Virus record (IMG/VR): IMGVR_UViG_3300036853_000205
Location: 1-62,441 of that record
Source: a virus
Taxonomy: Duplodnaviria; Caudoviricetes
Strand: one strand, 5' to 3'
Length of the DNA stretch: 62,441 nucleotides
The notes beneath the pieces are model-generated. The model had not been told where the DNA came from, did not search any database, and saw only the letters and a list, made by a program, of their open reading frames with translations. Positions within the stretch are counted from its first letter, which is position 1. Each line of letters opens with the position of its first letter. Shown here piece after piece: positions 36,173 to 45,190 of this stretch. A program made the translations under genes and the position numbers.

Positions 36173-36495
36173 TTCTCCGCTCCCACGAGAGTCGACTTCG
36201 GCATGTTCGCCTCGGCGAAGGACCTGGCCCACTCCGGCGCATTGTTCATGTTCAGAATCCCGACCCCGGACCCGAAGAACTCGCCGAGCCACCGGCCTCT
36301 GATCTCGATGTTGCCGATGGTCCAGCCCTCGTCGCCGAGCTGGGTGCGCCAGTGGTACTTCACGGTGACACGGCCCGGGGTGAATGCGCGCCTACCTAGC
36401 GTGATCGGTTCGGCGCCGGCGACGTCGGCATACGCGGTTGCGTGGGCCTCGGTGTAGGCCCGAACGTCGGTGATCTGTGGTTCGTCCTCAGCCAT
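36166..36495 (-). CDS. Hypothetical protein
   Basis: GAGAGG RBS; first gene left of attP. Confidence 0.65.
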   Translation of the reverse strand: MAEDEPQITDVRAYTEAHATAYADVAGAEPITLGRRAFTPGRVTVKYHWRTQLGDEGWTIGNIEIRGRWLGEFFGSGVGILNMNNAPEWARSFAEANMPKSTLVGAEKW

Positions 36496-36648
36496 GGTGG
36501 TGGCCTCTCAATCGTTTGGCTTGACAAGCTGCGCGCAACAGTGCATACCGGGGCGCCGCGCGGACCTCGACCCTATATCACCGCCTAGCAAGATGGCCCT
36601 GACCTGGGGTTATGTGGCCCGCGCTGGACGGGGGTATAGGCTCTAGAC

Positions 36649-36705
36649 TAGGGGTACCCTAATCCGGGGTACCGGTAAGCCCGTACCCCGGATTAGAGAC
36701 CCCTA
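36649..36705. other. Candidate attP
   Basis: CTAATCCGGGGTAC-N10-GTACCCCGGATTAG plus outer TAGGGGT/ACCCCTA, ~70 bp upstream of serine integrase. Confidence 0.65.
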
Positions 36706-36777
36706 ACTGTGCAAGGGTAAAGATGTTGGCCCCCCCGGTCACCTGGCCTGCCCTGCCGGAACCGAGGAGGGAACCCC

Positions 36778-38262
36778 GTGACTGCCACCGACCTATACGT
36801 CAGGTACTCCGACCTAAAGGCCGAGAATCTAACGCCTGACGGTGAGGCGAAGAACATCGAGAACGCAGTTCAGTTGCTACGCGGGCGGGCCACACTGTAC
36901 GGCTGGCAGGTCGCTGAGGTGATCGTTGAAAACGACGTGTTGGGCGACGGGCGACTCAAGCCCGCGTCGGCGTACAAGCGGCGGGCCGTCATTTTGCCGA
37001 ACGGCGACGTGATTCAGCGTGTGATCCGGCCAGGTTTCACGCGGCTGGTGGACCGACTCAAGGCGGGCGTATCGCAGGCCGTGGTGGCGCTGGACCTTGA
37101 CCGGCTGGTGCGCGATCCGCGCGACCTGGAGGACTTCATTGACGTGTGCCGGGCGACCAACGCTAACGCCCGGTCGCTATCAGGCTCGTTGACCTTCACC
37201 GACGGCGGCACCGACGGGGAGATCACCATGGCGCGGATCATGGTGGCGGTAGCGAGCAAAGAGTCGGCGGACAAGGTGCGGCGACAGAAGGTGGCCCGCA
37301 AGCGCAAGGCGGAGGCGGGCGAATTCGGCGGCGGCCCGCGACCTTACGGGCGAGAGGCAGACGGCAGAACTCTGCGCGAACCCGAGGCCGAGGTGATCCG
37401 TGTGGGGTGCCGCCGGGTGCTTGCGGAGCCGCCCGTCAGCCTGCGCTCACAGGTCCGCTCCCTGAACGAGCAAGGCTTCCGCACCGTGGCTGGTCACCTG
37501 TTCAAGGCCCCGGACTTTCGGGAGATGCTGCTTCGGCCGTGGAACGCCGGTCTGCGCGTTCACGACAAGCAGATCATCGGGGAGGACCCAGCAGCAGCCA
37601 TCGTCAAGCGTGAGGTGTGGGAGGCGGTGGTGGACAAGCTGACTGCCCCCGGCCGCCGCAAGTGCCCCCCGGGTCCGGCACACAAGTACCTGGGCACCGG
37701 GTTGTTTCTGTGCTGGTGCGGCAGCACGGTCACGCCCCGGATCTCCAGCCGGAGGTCAAACCGGTACGGGTGCAAGCTGGGGGCGAACGGGGGCGCCGGG
37801 GGCGGGCACGCGGTGCGGGTCATGGCGGACGTAGACGCCTGGGTGGTCGACAACGTGCTTGCCCGCCTGGCCGAGCCGGACGCCGCCGAGCTGGTCGCGC
37901 CGCGCGCCGGTGCCACGATCGACGTAGCCGCGCTGCGCGCCGAGGTCAGGCAACTACGCGACCGCAAGGTTCGGCTGGTTCGGATGTTCGTCGAGGACGG
38001 GGACGAGGAAGCCCTGATGAAGGGCAAGCGGGATATCGACGCGAAGTTGAACACGAAAACGGAGCTGCTGCACGCGGCCACCGAGGTCTCACCACTGCGT
38101 GACCTAGTCGGCGCCGACGACGTGCGGGCCGTCTGGGAAACGATGACTCTCGGCGAGCGGCGAGCCGTGATCGCGCTCGTTTGCCGGGTCGAAATCTGGC
38201 CGCTGAACCACGGGGAGCGCCGGTTTGACCCGAGCGCGGTTCGGGTTCTCTGGAACGCCTGA
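36778..38262 (+). CDS. int: Large serine integrase
   Basis: LYVRYS catalytic Ser, SAYK..RPGF, LDRLVR, GGPRPYG, LGTGLFLCWCG..YGC Zn ribbon, coiled coil. Confidence 0.95.
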   Translation: MTATDLYVRYSDLKAENLTPDGEAKNIENAVQLLRGRATLYGWQVAEVIVENDVLGDGRLKPASAYKRRAVILPNGDVIQRVIRPGFTRLVDRLKAGVSQAVVALDLDRLVRDPRDLEDFIDVCRATNANARSLSGSLTFTDGGTDGEITMARIMVAVASKESADKVRRQKVARKRKAEAGEFGGGPRPYGREADGRTLREPEAEVIRVGCRRVLAEPPVSLRSQVRSLNEQGFRTVAGHLFKAPDFREMLLRPWNAGLRVHDKQIIGEDPAAAIVKREVWEAVVDKLTAPGRRKCPPGPAHKYLGTGLFLCWCGSTVTPRISSRRSNRYGCKLGANGGAGGGHAVRVMADVDAWVVDNVLARLAEPDAAELVAPRAGATIDVAALRAEVRQLRDRKVRLVRMFVEDGDEEALMKGKRDIDAKLNTKTELLHAATEVSPLRDLVGADDVRAVWETMTLGERRAVIALVCRVEIWPLNHGERRFDPSAVRVLWNA

Positions 38263-38370
38263 CTTCGCCGCCGCTCGGCGTTGCGCCCGGTTGCCGCTCG
38301 GGTCGGTGTCGAGTAGGCGGTGCTCGCGCCGTCGGATCTTGCGGGGTCGGCTCATCCCCTGTCAAACGAG

Positions 38371-38406
38371 AAAGCCCCGGTGCCGGATACGGCCGCCGGG
38401 GCTTTT
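38371..38406 (+). terminator. Bidirectional intrinsic terminator
   Basis: AAAGCCCCGG..CCGGGGCTTTT. Confidence 0.75.
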
Positions 38407-38468
38407 CATTCCTCCGACTTTCGCGGAATCCCGGACGGCTGCCCTTGTGCCCGGTGTTGCATAGGGGC

Positions 38469-38696
38469 ATGGGGACTGGCACGGAAGCGGCCGACGAACG
38501 CGCGGCTCTGATCACCCGCAACGTGGCGAATGCCCCACCGTTCACAACCGCGACGCTGGAAAGGTTGGCCGTGCTGCTTGGCCCAGTCGCGGCGGAGGTT
38601 CAACGGCGGAAACGGTCGCCGTCGGGGTCACCGTCGGGGTCGAACAGGTCGCGGGCGACGGGCTCGACGCTGGGGCAGGCGCACGGGATGCCGTAG
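38469..38696 (+). CDS. Small protein, candidate recombination directionality factor
   Basis: VANAPPFTTATLERLAVLL motif, directly after serine integrase. Confidence 0.5.
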   Translation: MGTGTEAADERAALITRNVANAPPFTTATLERLAVLLGPVAAEVQRRKRSPSGSPSGSNRSRATGSTLGQAHGMP

Positions 38697-39004
38697 CTGT
38701 CCAGTGCCCGGCAGCGGCCCTCGCCCCGGCGGCGGTGCTCTCCGCGGTAGTGGTCGCACTCGCAGAGATCCCCCGGGGCGGGCAGCGGTTGCGCTCGGGT
38801 GAGCCGGTCGATGATGTCGAGCAGGAAGGCTTCAAAGCTGGTGGTCTTCACACTTACTAGGGCCACGGCAGGCCGCATTCGTGAAGATGTGTGGCGCGGG
38901 TCACACCGACGATTTTGCCCAACGGCCCAGGAGGTGGTCTGCTGGGCGGGTAAGGCACCCGCCGCGCCGTCAATCGGCTCGCCGTCCAGCCCGTAGAACA
39001 TCAT
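38600..39004 (-). CDS. Hypothetical protein with Cys/His finger
   Basis: CECDHYRGEH..C..CACP; ATGA overlap. Confidence 0.5.
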   Translation of the reverse strand: MMFYGLDGEPIDGAAGALPAQQTTSWAVGQNRRCDPRHTSSRMRPAVALVSVKTTSFEAFLLDIIDRLTRAQPLPAPGDLCECDHYRGEHRRRGEGRCRALDSYGIPCACPSVEPVARDLFDPDGDPDGDRFRR

Positions 39005-39564
39005 GCTTCGCAACGAAACCGGCCGAGAGGCCCGATGTCGACAGCGGCGCAGATAAGACCCCGGAGGCGGGCCCGCTCGTCTGGGTAGAGGGCCCCTGTC
39101 AGTGCCTGAGGCCCGAAGATGGTGCCCGCCTTCGGGCCGGTCACGAAGTGGTGCCCGATCCACCGACGGCCGTCTCGGCACGCCGCGTACAGAGTCGTCA
39201 TCTCGATAGCGCTGGGATGCTCGTGCAGCCTGCGCTCGGGGCCCAGGATGCGGGCACGATTCTCGGTCACTTCGTTGCCGTCGGGCATGACGACGAAGAC
39301 CTCGCTCGCCAGCCCGGCGAACTGGATCACCGCCTTTTTCTCGCGTGCCTCCGCGACGGCTGCCATGACCGCGCGGGCGATGAACGCCGCGTCACTTGAC
39401 TCCGGCGCGATGGCGTAGATCGTGGTGGACAGCGAAGGAACGCCGAGCGCGGTTTCGGCGCCGGGCGCCGTGGTGGCGACGAGCAGATGATGCAGGACGG
39501 CACCCGGCTCGGAGTTCCCGAGTAGGCAGGCGAGGTACCCGTCAATGGTGTCCTGCGGGATCAC
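39001..39564 (-). CDS. Hypothetical protein
   Basis: Overlap-coupled ORF. Confidence 0.65.
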   Translation of the reverse strand: MIPQDTIDGYLACLLGNSEPGAVLHHLLVATTAPGAETALGVPSLSTTIYAIAPESSDAAFIARAVMAAVAEAREKKAVIQFAGLASEVFVVMPDGNEVTENRARILGPERRLHEHPSAIEMTTLYAACRDGRRWIGHHFVTGPKAGTIFGPQALTGALYPDERARLRGLICAAVDIGPLGRFRCEA

Positions 39565-39968
39565 TCCGACACCCCCTGGGGCGCCGCAACAGTGTAGATG
39601 TTGGAATCAGCGCGAGTCGTCATCTGCAAGTGGTTGCGGCGCAGCCAGCGCTCGAAGCGACCGCGGAGGACGCTGGACATGACGATGGTGAACGTCTCGT
39701 CGCAGGCGGTGACGGGGGTGGGCGTCCCGTCGCCGTCGTCGCTTCGCAAGGTGTTGCGGCGCCTCCACTCGGGGTCGCGCAGGCGACGCCACAGTTCGCG
39801 TGCGGCTACACGGCTCGTCGGGTCGTAGCCGGTGCAGCGGCAGACGCCGTAGTCGTGCCCCACGGTGCCGAGGGCCAGACACTCCGGGTGTGCGTCTGTC
39901 TGGGCGCGGGGCGTCAACCCCATCGGCTCGCCGCAGACCAGACAGGAGTAGCCGACGGGGACGCTCAC
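39561..39968 (-). CDS. Hypothetical Cys-rich protein
   Basis: CLVCG..HPEC..HDYGVCRC. Confidence 0.6.
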   Translation of the reverse strand: MSVPVGYSCLVCGEPMGLTPRAQTDAHPECLALGTVGHDYGVCRCTGYDPTSRVAARELWRRLRDPEWRRRNTLRSDDGDGTPTPVTACDETFTIVMSSVLRGRFERWLRRNHLQMTTRADSNIYTVAAPQGVSE

Positions 39969-40945
39969 GACGCGCTCTCGCGGTTCACGGCGAACACCAC
40001 GGCGTCAAGAACCTGGGTGTAGGTGCCGGACGGGACGGTGCCGTCTCCGGCGCACAGCGGGCACCTGACGGGCGTGGGCGGGAGCGACGGGGGTTCCGCC
40101 GGCGGAAGCGCGGCAAAGGGCGTCAGGGCCGCGAAGAGGCGGTTGACGGCGGCCTGCCCCGCCGCGTCCAGCACGATCAGCGCGTCATCCTCCGTGCCGG
40201 GCGAGTTGAAGACGAGATAGAAGTCGGGCAGCGCGTCGGGTGCGAGCCCCGCCAGCCAGGCGCACTCATCGTCGATGGCGCTGGCGCGCACCAGGGACTC
40301 GGAGCTGTCCGCGATCCAGCCGCGCTCGCTGACGGCCCAGCGTGCCCCGGGCGGACGCGTGGCCTTCCATCGGCGCCAGGCGGTCGACGTGCCGAGAGTC
40401 ATGGTCAGCGGGAACGAGCGACCGCTGTACAGGTCGATGCTGTGGATGGATGCCTCAGTCACCCATTCCGTGGCCTCCTGGTCGGTCATGCCGCCGTCGC
40501 GGTAGGCGTAGCCGAGCGCTGCGTGACTGGTCAGGATGGTGGGGTCGACGCTCTTGAGCCAGCCGTGGACCTTGTTGAACAGCCGCACGAAGGTGGCGGG
40601 CGTCGTGAAAAACTTGCCGATGTCGTTCTCGGGCTCGTGCCAGATCACGATGACGGTGCAGTCCTGAAGGTTGTTATCGACTAGGTACCGGGCGAGCGCC
40701 AGCACGTGCGGGCGCCAGGCGCCAGACTGGACGTCGGCAGGCAGCGGCTTGAAGCTCCACACCACAGTCTTGCCCGCCGCCCACGCAGCGCCGCACCGGG
40801 CGGTGATCCGCTTGACGAGATCCTGCGCGCCAATGGGCTTCGTCTCGAACTCACGCGTCACCCCCATTTGCGGAAATGCGAAGACGGTGTGTCCCAACGT
40901 CGTGGGCTTCTTCCCGCGATAGTTCTCATGTACCCCGAGCCTCAC
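39965..40945 (-). CDS. Glycoside hydrolase, GH26-like (clan A) with C-terminal CxxCxGxG
   Basis: IWHEPEND acid/base motif, SIDLY, WAVSERG nucleophile. Confidence 0.7.
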   Translation of the reverse strand: MRLGVHENYRGKKPTTLGHTVFAFPQMGVTREFETKPIGAQDLVKRITARCGAAWAAGKTVVWSFKPLPADVQSGAWRPHVLALARYLVDNNLQDCTVIVIWHEPENDIGKFFTTPATFVRLFNKVHGWLKSVDPTILTSHAALGYAYRDGGMTDQEATEWVTEASIHSIDLYSGRSFPLTMTLGTSTAWRRWKATRPPGARWAVSERGWIADSSESLVRASAIDDECAWLAGLAPDALPDFYLVFNSPGTEDDALIVLDAAGQAAVNRLFAALTPFAALPPAEPPSLPPTPVRCPLCAGDGTVPSGTYTQVLDAVVFAVNRESAS

Positions 40946-40970
40946 TGCGCATCCTCTCGTTGGGGTTGAC

Positions 40971-41102
40971 CTACCAGTATTTGGCGATGAAGTGCCAAGC
41001 GGCGATGCCGCCTGCGATCCAGAAGCCCGACCCGAGCAGCGCGGCAGAACAAGCGAGCACGGTCCACGATCGTGGTGCACGTGGAAACTCGTGTCTGCTC
41101 AC
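40971..41102 (-). CDS. Small membrane protein
   Basis: GGAGG RBS; one TM. Confidence 0.5.
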   Translation of the reverse strand: MSRHEFPRAPRSWTVLACSAALLGSGFWIAGGIAAWHFIAKYW

Positions 41103-41242
41103 GGGTTCACCTCCCTGTTGCAGCGGACGCAGCGTCCGCGTGAGTCCATCTTGACGCGATGCCGTCGGCGCACCTCGCACTCGATCAGCCGTTCCCACAG
41201 ATCAGCGAGGGCCCCGTTCGCTGGCTCCTGGCAATGCTTCAT
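41099..41242 (-). CDS. Small hypothetical protein
   Basis: C..H..CVRC; GTGA overlap. Confidence 0.4.
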   Translation of the reverse strand: MKHCQEPANGALADLWERLIECEVRRRHRVKMDSRGRCVRCNREVNP

Positions 41243-41660
41243 GACCAGCCACGTTAACCCTGCCGGAGACACAAAAGAGCCGCCTCGCCGTACCCGATCC
41301 GGTGAAAGGATCAAGGGTCCAGCGAGGCGGACTCATTTTGCGTACCCCCCAGCACGCACGATCACTCTACCCTGACGCACGGGCGGGGATCGTCAGCGCC
41401 GTCGCGATTCCTGATGGGAGCGAACGCGGCGCGGCGAGGTGATGTGGAGGCGGTTGCAGTTGGGGCAGCCGTGGCAGCCGTGGACTATCAGCGGGGGTGC
41501 GGTTTCCAGCACCCACAGAAGTCGGTCGCCGATTTCCAGTGGAACAACGCGGTGATGCATGAGTTGGTTCCTTCCGAACCGGGGTCTTGGGCTCGCTTGC
41601 AAGCGGAAAAAGCGTGCCCGGTGCGGCTCGGCGGCGGCAAGGGACGCCACCCGATCGGGG

Positions 41661-41948
41661 TCACTCGAAAGAGGTGGCGCTTTCGATGGCAGGCGCAAGG
41701 CCGCTCGGCTTCCACAGCGCGTGATACATGACCAGGGCGGCACCGGTCACCAGAATGGCCGTAGCGCGCCAGTTGTCGAAGGTGAGTGTCCCGTGTAGTG
41801 CGCAGAGCAGAGCGGCGGCGCCGAGGCACAGCCCGAACGCGACGATGCCTCGCAGCTTGGGCCCCCAGCTCGACTGGTTGACGAGGGCGATCAGGAACGG
41901 CATCGCTACGCCACCGATGGCGAGGTCGACGCTGGCAGTCTCGGGCAT
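41661..41948 (-). CDS. Holin
   Basis: 3 TM; PFLIALVNQSSW..YHALWKPSG..IESAT. Confidence 0.8.
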   Translation of the reverse strand: MPETASVDLAIGGVAMPFLIALVNQSSWGPKLRGIVAFGLCLGAAALLCALHGTLTFDNWRATAILVTGAALVMYHALWKPSGLAPAIESATSFE

Positions 41949-41969
41949 GATGATCCCTTTCGAAGGGTT

Positions 41970-42527
41970 TCAGTGCGTGGCGAGCGCGATGGCGAAGTTG
42001 ACCACAAGGACGATCACCGAGACCCCGGCAAGCAGATAGCCCCAGCCGGATTGCAGTCCCGACGAACGACCGGCGGTGGTAGTCGCACCGAGCTTGAGGT
42101 CGTCGACCTTTTCAGAGATCGAGTTCAGTCGGGCCTCCGCCTCGGACCGGGGGATGAACGTCGCTGTCTGGTCGGTCAGGGTCTCCCGAAAGGCGTTGAC
42201 GGAGTCGAATCGTTTTTCTGACGCCTGCTCGGCTTTCATGGTGGCCTTCTCGGCGGCGACGAGCGCTGTCTGAACCGCCTCCTTCTGTGCGGCAAGGGCC
42301 GCGTCGAGCGCTTTGGTCTGCGCGTCGAAACGCTGCTGGTAGCGCAGGTCGGTGTCGATGAAGCGCTGGGCGATGTACTCCTTGAGGTCGGAGTGCGAGG
42401 TGTCGAAGCGTCGGTCCAGGGTGGCGACCAGGCCGGTGACGTGTTCCATCACACGGTCGCCGAGAGTCGCTGTCACCTTTTGGTCCGACGGCATTGGCGG
42501 TTGCGGGGGCAATGGCGGCAGGGACAT
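41970..42527 (-). CDS. Coiled-coil + C-terminal TM lysis-cassette protein
   Basis: AEKATMKAEQASEKRFDSVNAFR; terminal TM; AGGAG RBS. Confidence 0.72.
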   Translation of the reverse strand: MSLPPLPPQPPMPSDQKVTATLGDRVMEHVTGLVATLDRRFDTSHSDLKEYIAQRFIDTDLRYQQRFDAQTKALDAALAAQKEAVQTALVAAEKATMKAEQASEKRFDSVNAFRETLTDQTATFIPRSEAEARLNSISEKVDDLKLGATTTAGRSSGLQSGWGYLLAGVSVIVLVVNFAIALATH

Positions 42528-42591
42528 GGCGCTCCTCTCGCTTGTGGTGGGTGGGGGCGTAACCGGGTGGGGCGTCAGTCGTTGTCCCGGC

Positions 42592-43242
42592 ATGGACATG
42601 ATCACCTTGGACACGAAGCGCATTCGTGACATCCGCCCTGAGGTGTTGGACAGCGATGGCCGGATGCGTGTGCTCCCGGCGGCGTACTGGGCCAACACGA
42701 CGGTGCTCGAACGCGCGTTGTTCGGGCACCGCAACGGCATCTACTCGTTCCCGACGACGGAGCTGGTCCACTACCTGCGCAAGGTGATCGGCGACCGTCG
42801 GGCGATTGAGATCGGTGCTGGCCACGGCGTGCTGGCGCAGGCGTTGGAAATCCCGGCCACCGACAGCTATCAACAGGACAAGCAGCCCTACCGGCTGGTG
42901 TACGAGGCCACGGGGCAACCGCGCGTGCGGTACGGGCCGAACGTCATCGACTGCGACGCGAGCCGCGCCGTGCGGCTCTTCAAGCCGGAGGTGGTAATCG
43001 GCTGCTGGGTCACGCACGTCTTCGACCCGGCTCGGCCCGGGGCGAAGGGAAACGAGGCGGGCGTGGATGAGGAGGACATCCTGCACAACACCCAGACGTA
43101 CGTCGCGATTGGAGACTCGCACGTTCACCGGCACAAAAAGATCTGGGGTCGCTCGCACACGCTTGACTGCCCGCCGTTTCTGTACTCGCGGGCCCACAAC
43201 GGGAGCCGTCAGTTCATCGCGACGTGGCCGGGGCAGGGCTGA
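42592..43242 (+). CDS. Class I SAM methyltransferase-like protein
   Basis: YSFPT.E..RAIEIGAGHGVLA..ATDS; opposite strand to flanks. Confidence 0.7.
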   Translation: MDMITLDTKRIRDIRPEVLDSDGRMRVLPAAYWANTTVLERALFGHRNGIYSFPTTELVHYLRKVIGDRRAIEIGAGHGVLAQALEIPATDSYQQDKQPYRLVYEATGQPRVRYGPNVIDCDASRAVRLFKPEVVIGCWVTHVFDPARPGAKGNEAGVDEEDILHNTQTYVAIGDSHVHRHKKIWGRSHTLDCPPFLYSRAHNGSRQFIATWPGQG

Positions 43243-43325
43243 GACTCACCCGCGCGGGAGTCTCAGCCCTGCCAGCTCCGGTGCGCGCCCGTCACCGCCA
43301 GGCGTGGTTGCGCGTTGGGGCATGT

Positions 43326-43535
43326 GTGACCCGACGATTTGGCCCCAAGCAAGCTGACCACCCCAGTGTCGGCGACGTGTGCCGCGCTTGTTCCGAGCTG
43401 TTCGACGTGGGCGACTTCACGGCGCTGATACCGCTAGGGCCCGGCGGCGACCCGGAAGCGCGCAAGGCACGCGATGAGGGGCGCGCGTACAACGCAGTAG
43501 CGATCGAGATCCACTACGAGTGCGCTGACCACTAG
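43326..43535 (+). CDS. Hypothetical protein (CxxC..HxxC)
   Basis: CRAC..IPLGPG.DPE..HYEC. Confidence 0.6.
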   Translation: MTRRFGPKQADHPSVGDVCRACSELFDVGDFTALIPLGPGGDPEARKARDEGRAYNAVAIEIHYECADH

Positions 43536-44320
43536 CCGAGCGGGCGGCTCCACGGCAGCGGCCACGTCGTGGGCCCGATGTCACCGTCGACCGCGACCCG
43601 GCACACCTTCTGGAAGCGGCGCACCACGTCCTCGGTCTTGGGTCCGAACAGGCCGTCAGCGGTGCCGAGCGAGCGCCAGCCGCGTGCGATCATGCGCGCC
43701 TGCCACAGCCGCACCGCCGGGTCGGGGCGCGCCGAGCCGTGCACCTGTTGCAGCACGCGGCCCGGGTAGAACGGCACCCGGACATGCGACGTGGATGGCT
43801 TGACGCCGATACTGATCAGGTACTCCGCGACCGTTTCCCCGCGCAGGGCGGACAGGATCGCCTTGTAGGCGGCTGCGCAAAGAATGTAGCGGCGGCGCAG
43901 CTCCAGGTGAAGGTGCCACCTGTGGTCGCTGCTGGCGCGGCTCATGGTGCGGGTGATGAAGTCGTAGCGGGTGGCGTCGCCGCTGCCGAGCCAGCCATTG
44001 AAAGCGTTGATGTACTTGCGTCGCGGGTCGCTGCGGTTGGTGAACACGGCGACGAGTCGACGCGTCGCCAGCACCATGTCCGTGCGGTTCATGCTCATGT
44101 CGATGGCCGAGGCAGCGTCGTCAGGGCCGTTGCCGGGCCGGTCGTCGCGGCGCACCACGCTGAAGTTGGTAGCCGGTTGGCAGCGGCGGCAAATGTGGTA
44201 GCCGCCGCGTAGCTGGTGCGCCCGGTCGCCGCAGATGCCGCTGCACACCGCCGAGCGGAAGCTGTCCTCGAACGACTGGGCGAACTGCCGGGTTGCCGGG
44301 TAGGCGACGGTGGCTTTCAT
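43532..44320 (-). CDS. Endolysin: Zn-peptidase (M15-like) + peptidoglycan-binding domain
   Basis: GYH..ASAID..HRWHLH; ADGLFGPKT..RFQ..VDGDIGPTTW. Confidence 0.85.
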   Translation of the reverse strand: MKATVAYPATRQFAQSFEDSFRSAVCSGICGDRAHQLRGGYHICRRCQPATNFSVVRRDDRPGNGPDDAASAIDMSMNRTDMVLATRRLVAVFTNRSDPRRKYINAFNGWLGSGDATRYDFITRTMSRASSDHRWHLHLELRRRYILCAAAYKAILSALRGETVAEYLISIGVKPSTSHVRVPFYPGRVLQQVHGSARPDPAVRLWQARMIARGWRSLGTADGLFGPKTEDVVRRFQKVCRVAVDGDIGPTTWPLPWSRPLG

Positions 44321-44730
44321 GTGACCACCGGGCCTTCAGGGTCGAAGGCGAGCACGTCGAAGCTGATGCCTTCGGCTGCGGGCCTCACGCTCTCGATGTC
44401 AACGACGTCGGTGGCGTTGCTGTGCAGGGCGTGGAATTCGTCGGGCCGCAGGGGGTCTGCGGCGTACAGCCACATGCGCCTGCCGGGCTTGTCGTACAGC
44501 AGGAATCCGTCGGGGAACCGGACGGCGACTGCGCGCCCATCGTACGGGCCACCTCGGCAGACTCCGCTGAAAGCGGGCTCGCGCGGCACGTAGACATCGG
44601 CGTCAAGCGGATCAATCTCCGCCTCGCCTTCGGGCATCAGCCGGGACAGCACCGGACCGTCGTCATCGACCTCCGCGGCGAGGTCGTCGTCGGGGTCAAC
44701 AGCCGGCGGGGACGCCGGAATATCAGACAT
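44317..44730 (-). CDS. Hypothetical acidic protein
   Basis: GGGAG RBS; GGPYDG. Confidence 0.65.
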   Translation of the reverse strand: MSDIPASPPAVDPDDDLAAEVDDDGPVLSRLMPEGEAEIDPLDADVYVPREPAFSGVCRGGPYDGRAVAVRFPDGFLLYDKPGRRMWLYAADPLRPDEFHALHSNATDVVDIESVRPAAEGISFDVLAFDPEGPVVT

Positions 44731-44749
44731 GTGGCTCCCTCATGGAAAG

Positions 44750-45190
44750 TCAGGCCGCGTCGAAGCGCCACGCGACGTCGGAGGTATCGGTGTTCTGCGA
44801 GGCGAGAATCGTGAATCCGGTGCCCGGAGTGCGCGCGGACACCGTCAGCGCCGACGGGACGGTGACCGTGCCAAGGTTCTGTGCGTTCAGCCGGATGCGG
44901 GACAAGGCGGTGACCGACGGCTCAGCGATAACGGCGGTACCGGCGACCAGCGTGACCAGCCCCGAGACCACGCCGGGTGTCGCCGGGACCAGCGACACCC
45001 ATCCGGTGCCGTCGTGGCGGAGGTGCCCGACGCCGGTCACGAAGCAGATCTGGCCTTCGACTGCGCCGCCCATCTGCGCGTCGCGCTCGACTGTGCTCAC
45101 GAAGCGGCAGACGACCTGCCCGACGAGGTATCCGTTGACGTCGTCGCTGTTGAGAAAGTCGTCATCGGTCCAGGTGCGATACCCGGCCAT
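44750..45190 (-). CDS. Minor tail protein
   Basis: MAGYRTW..LNSDDVNGYL..RF.S..ERD..EGQ. Confidence 0.75.
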   Translation of the reverse strand: MAGYRTWTDDDFLNSDDVNGYLVGQVVCRFVSTVERDAQMGGAVEGQICFVTGVGHLRHDGTGWVSLVPATPGVVSGLVTLVAGTAVIAEPSVTALSRIRLNAQNLGTVTVPSALTVSARTPGTGFTILASQNTDTSDVAWRFDAA

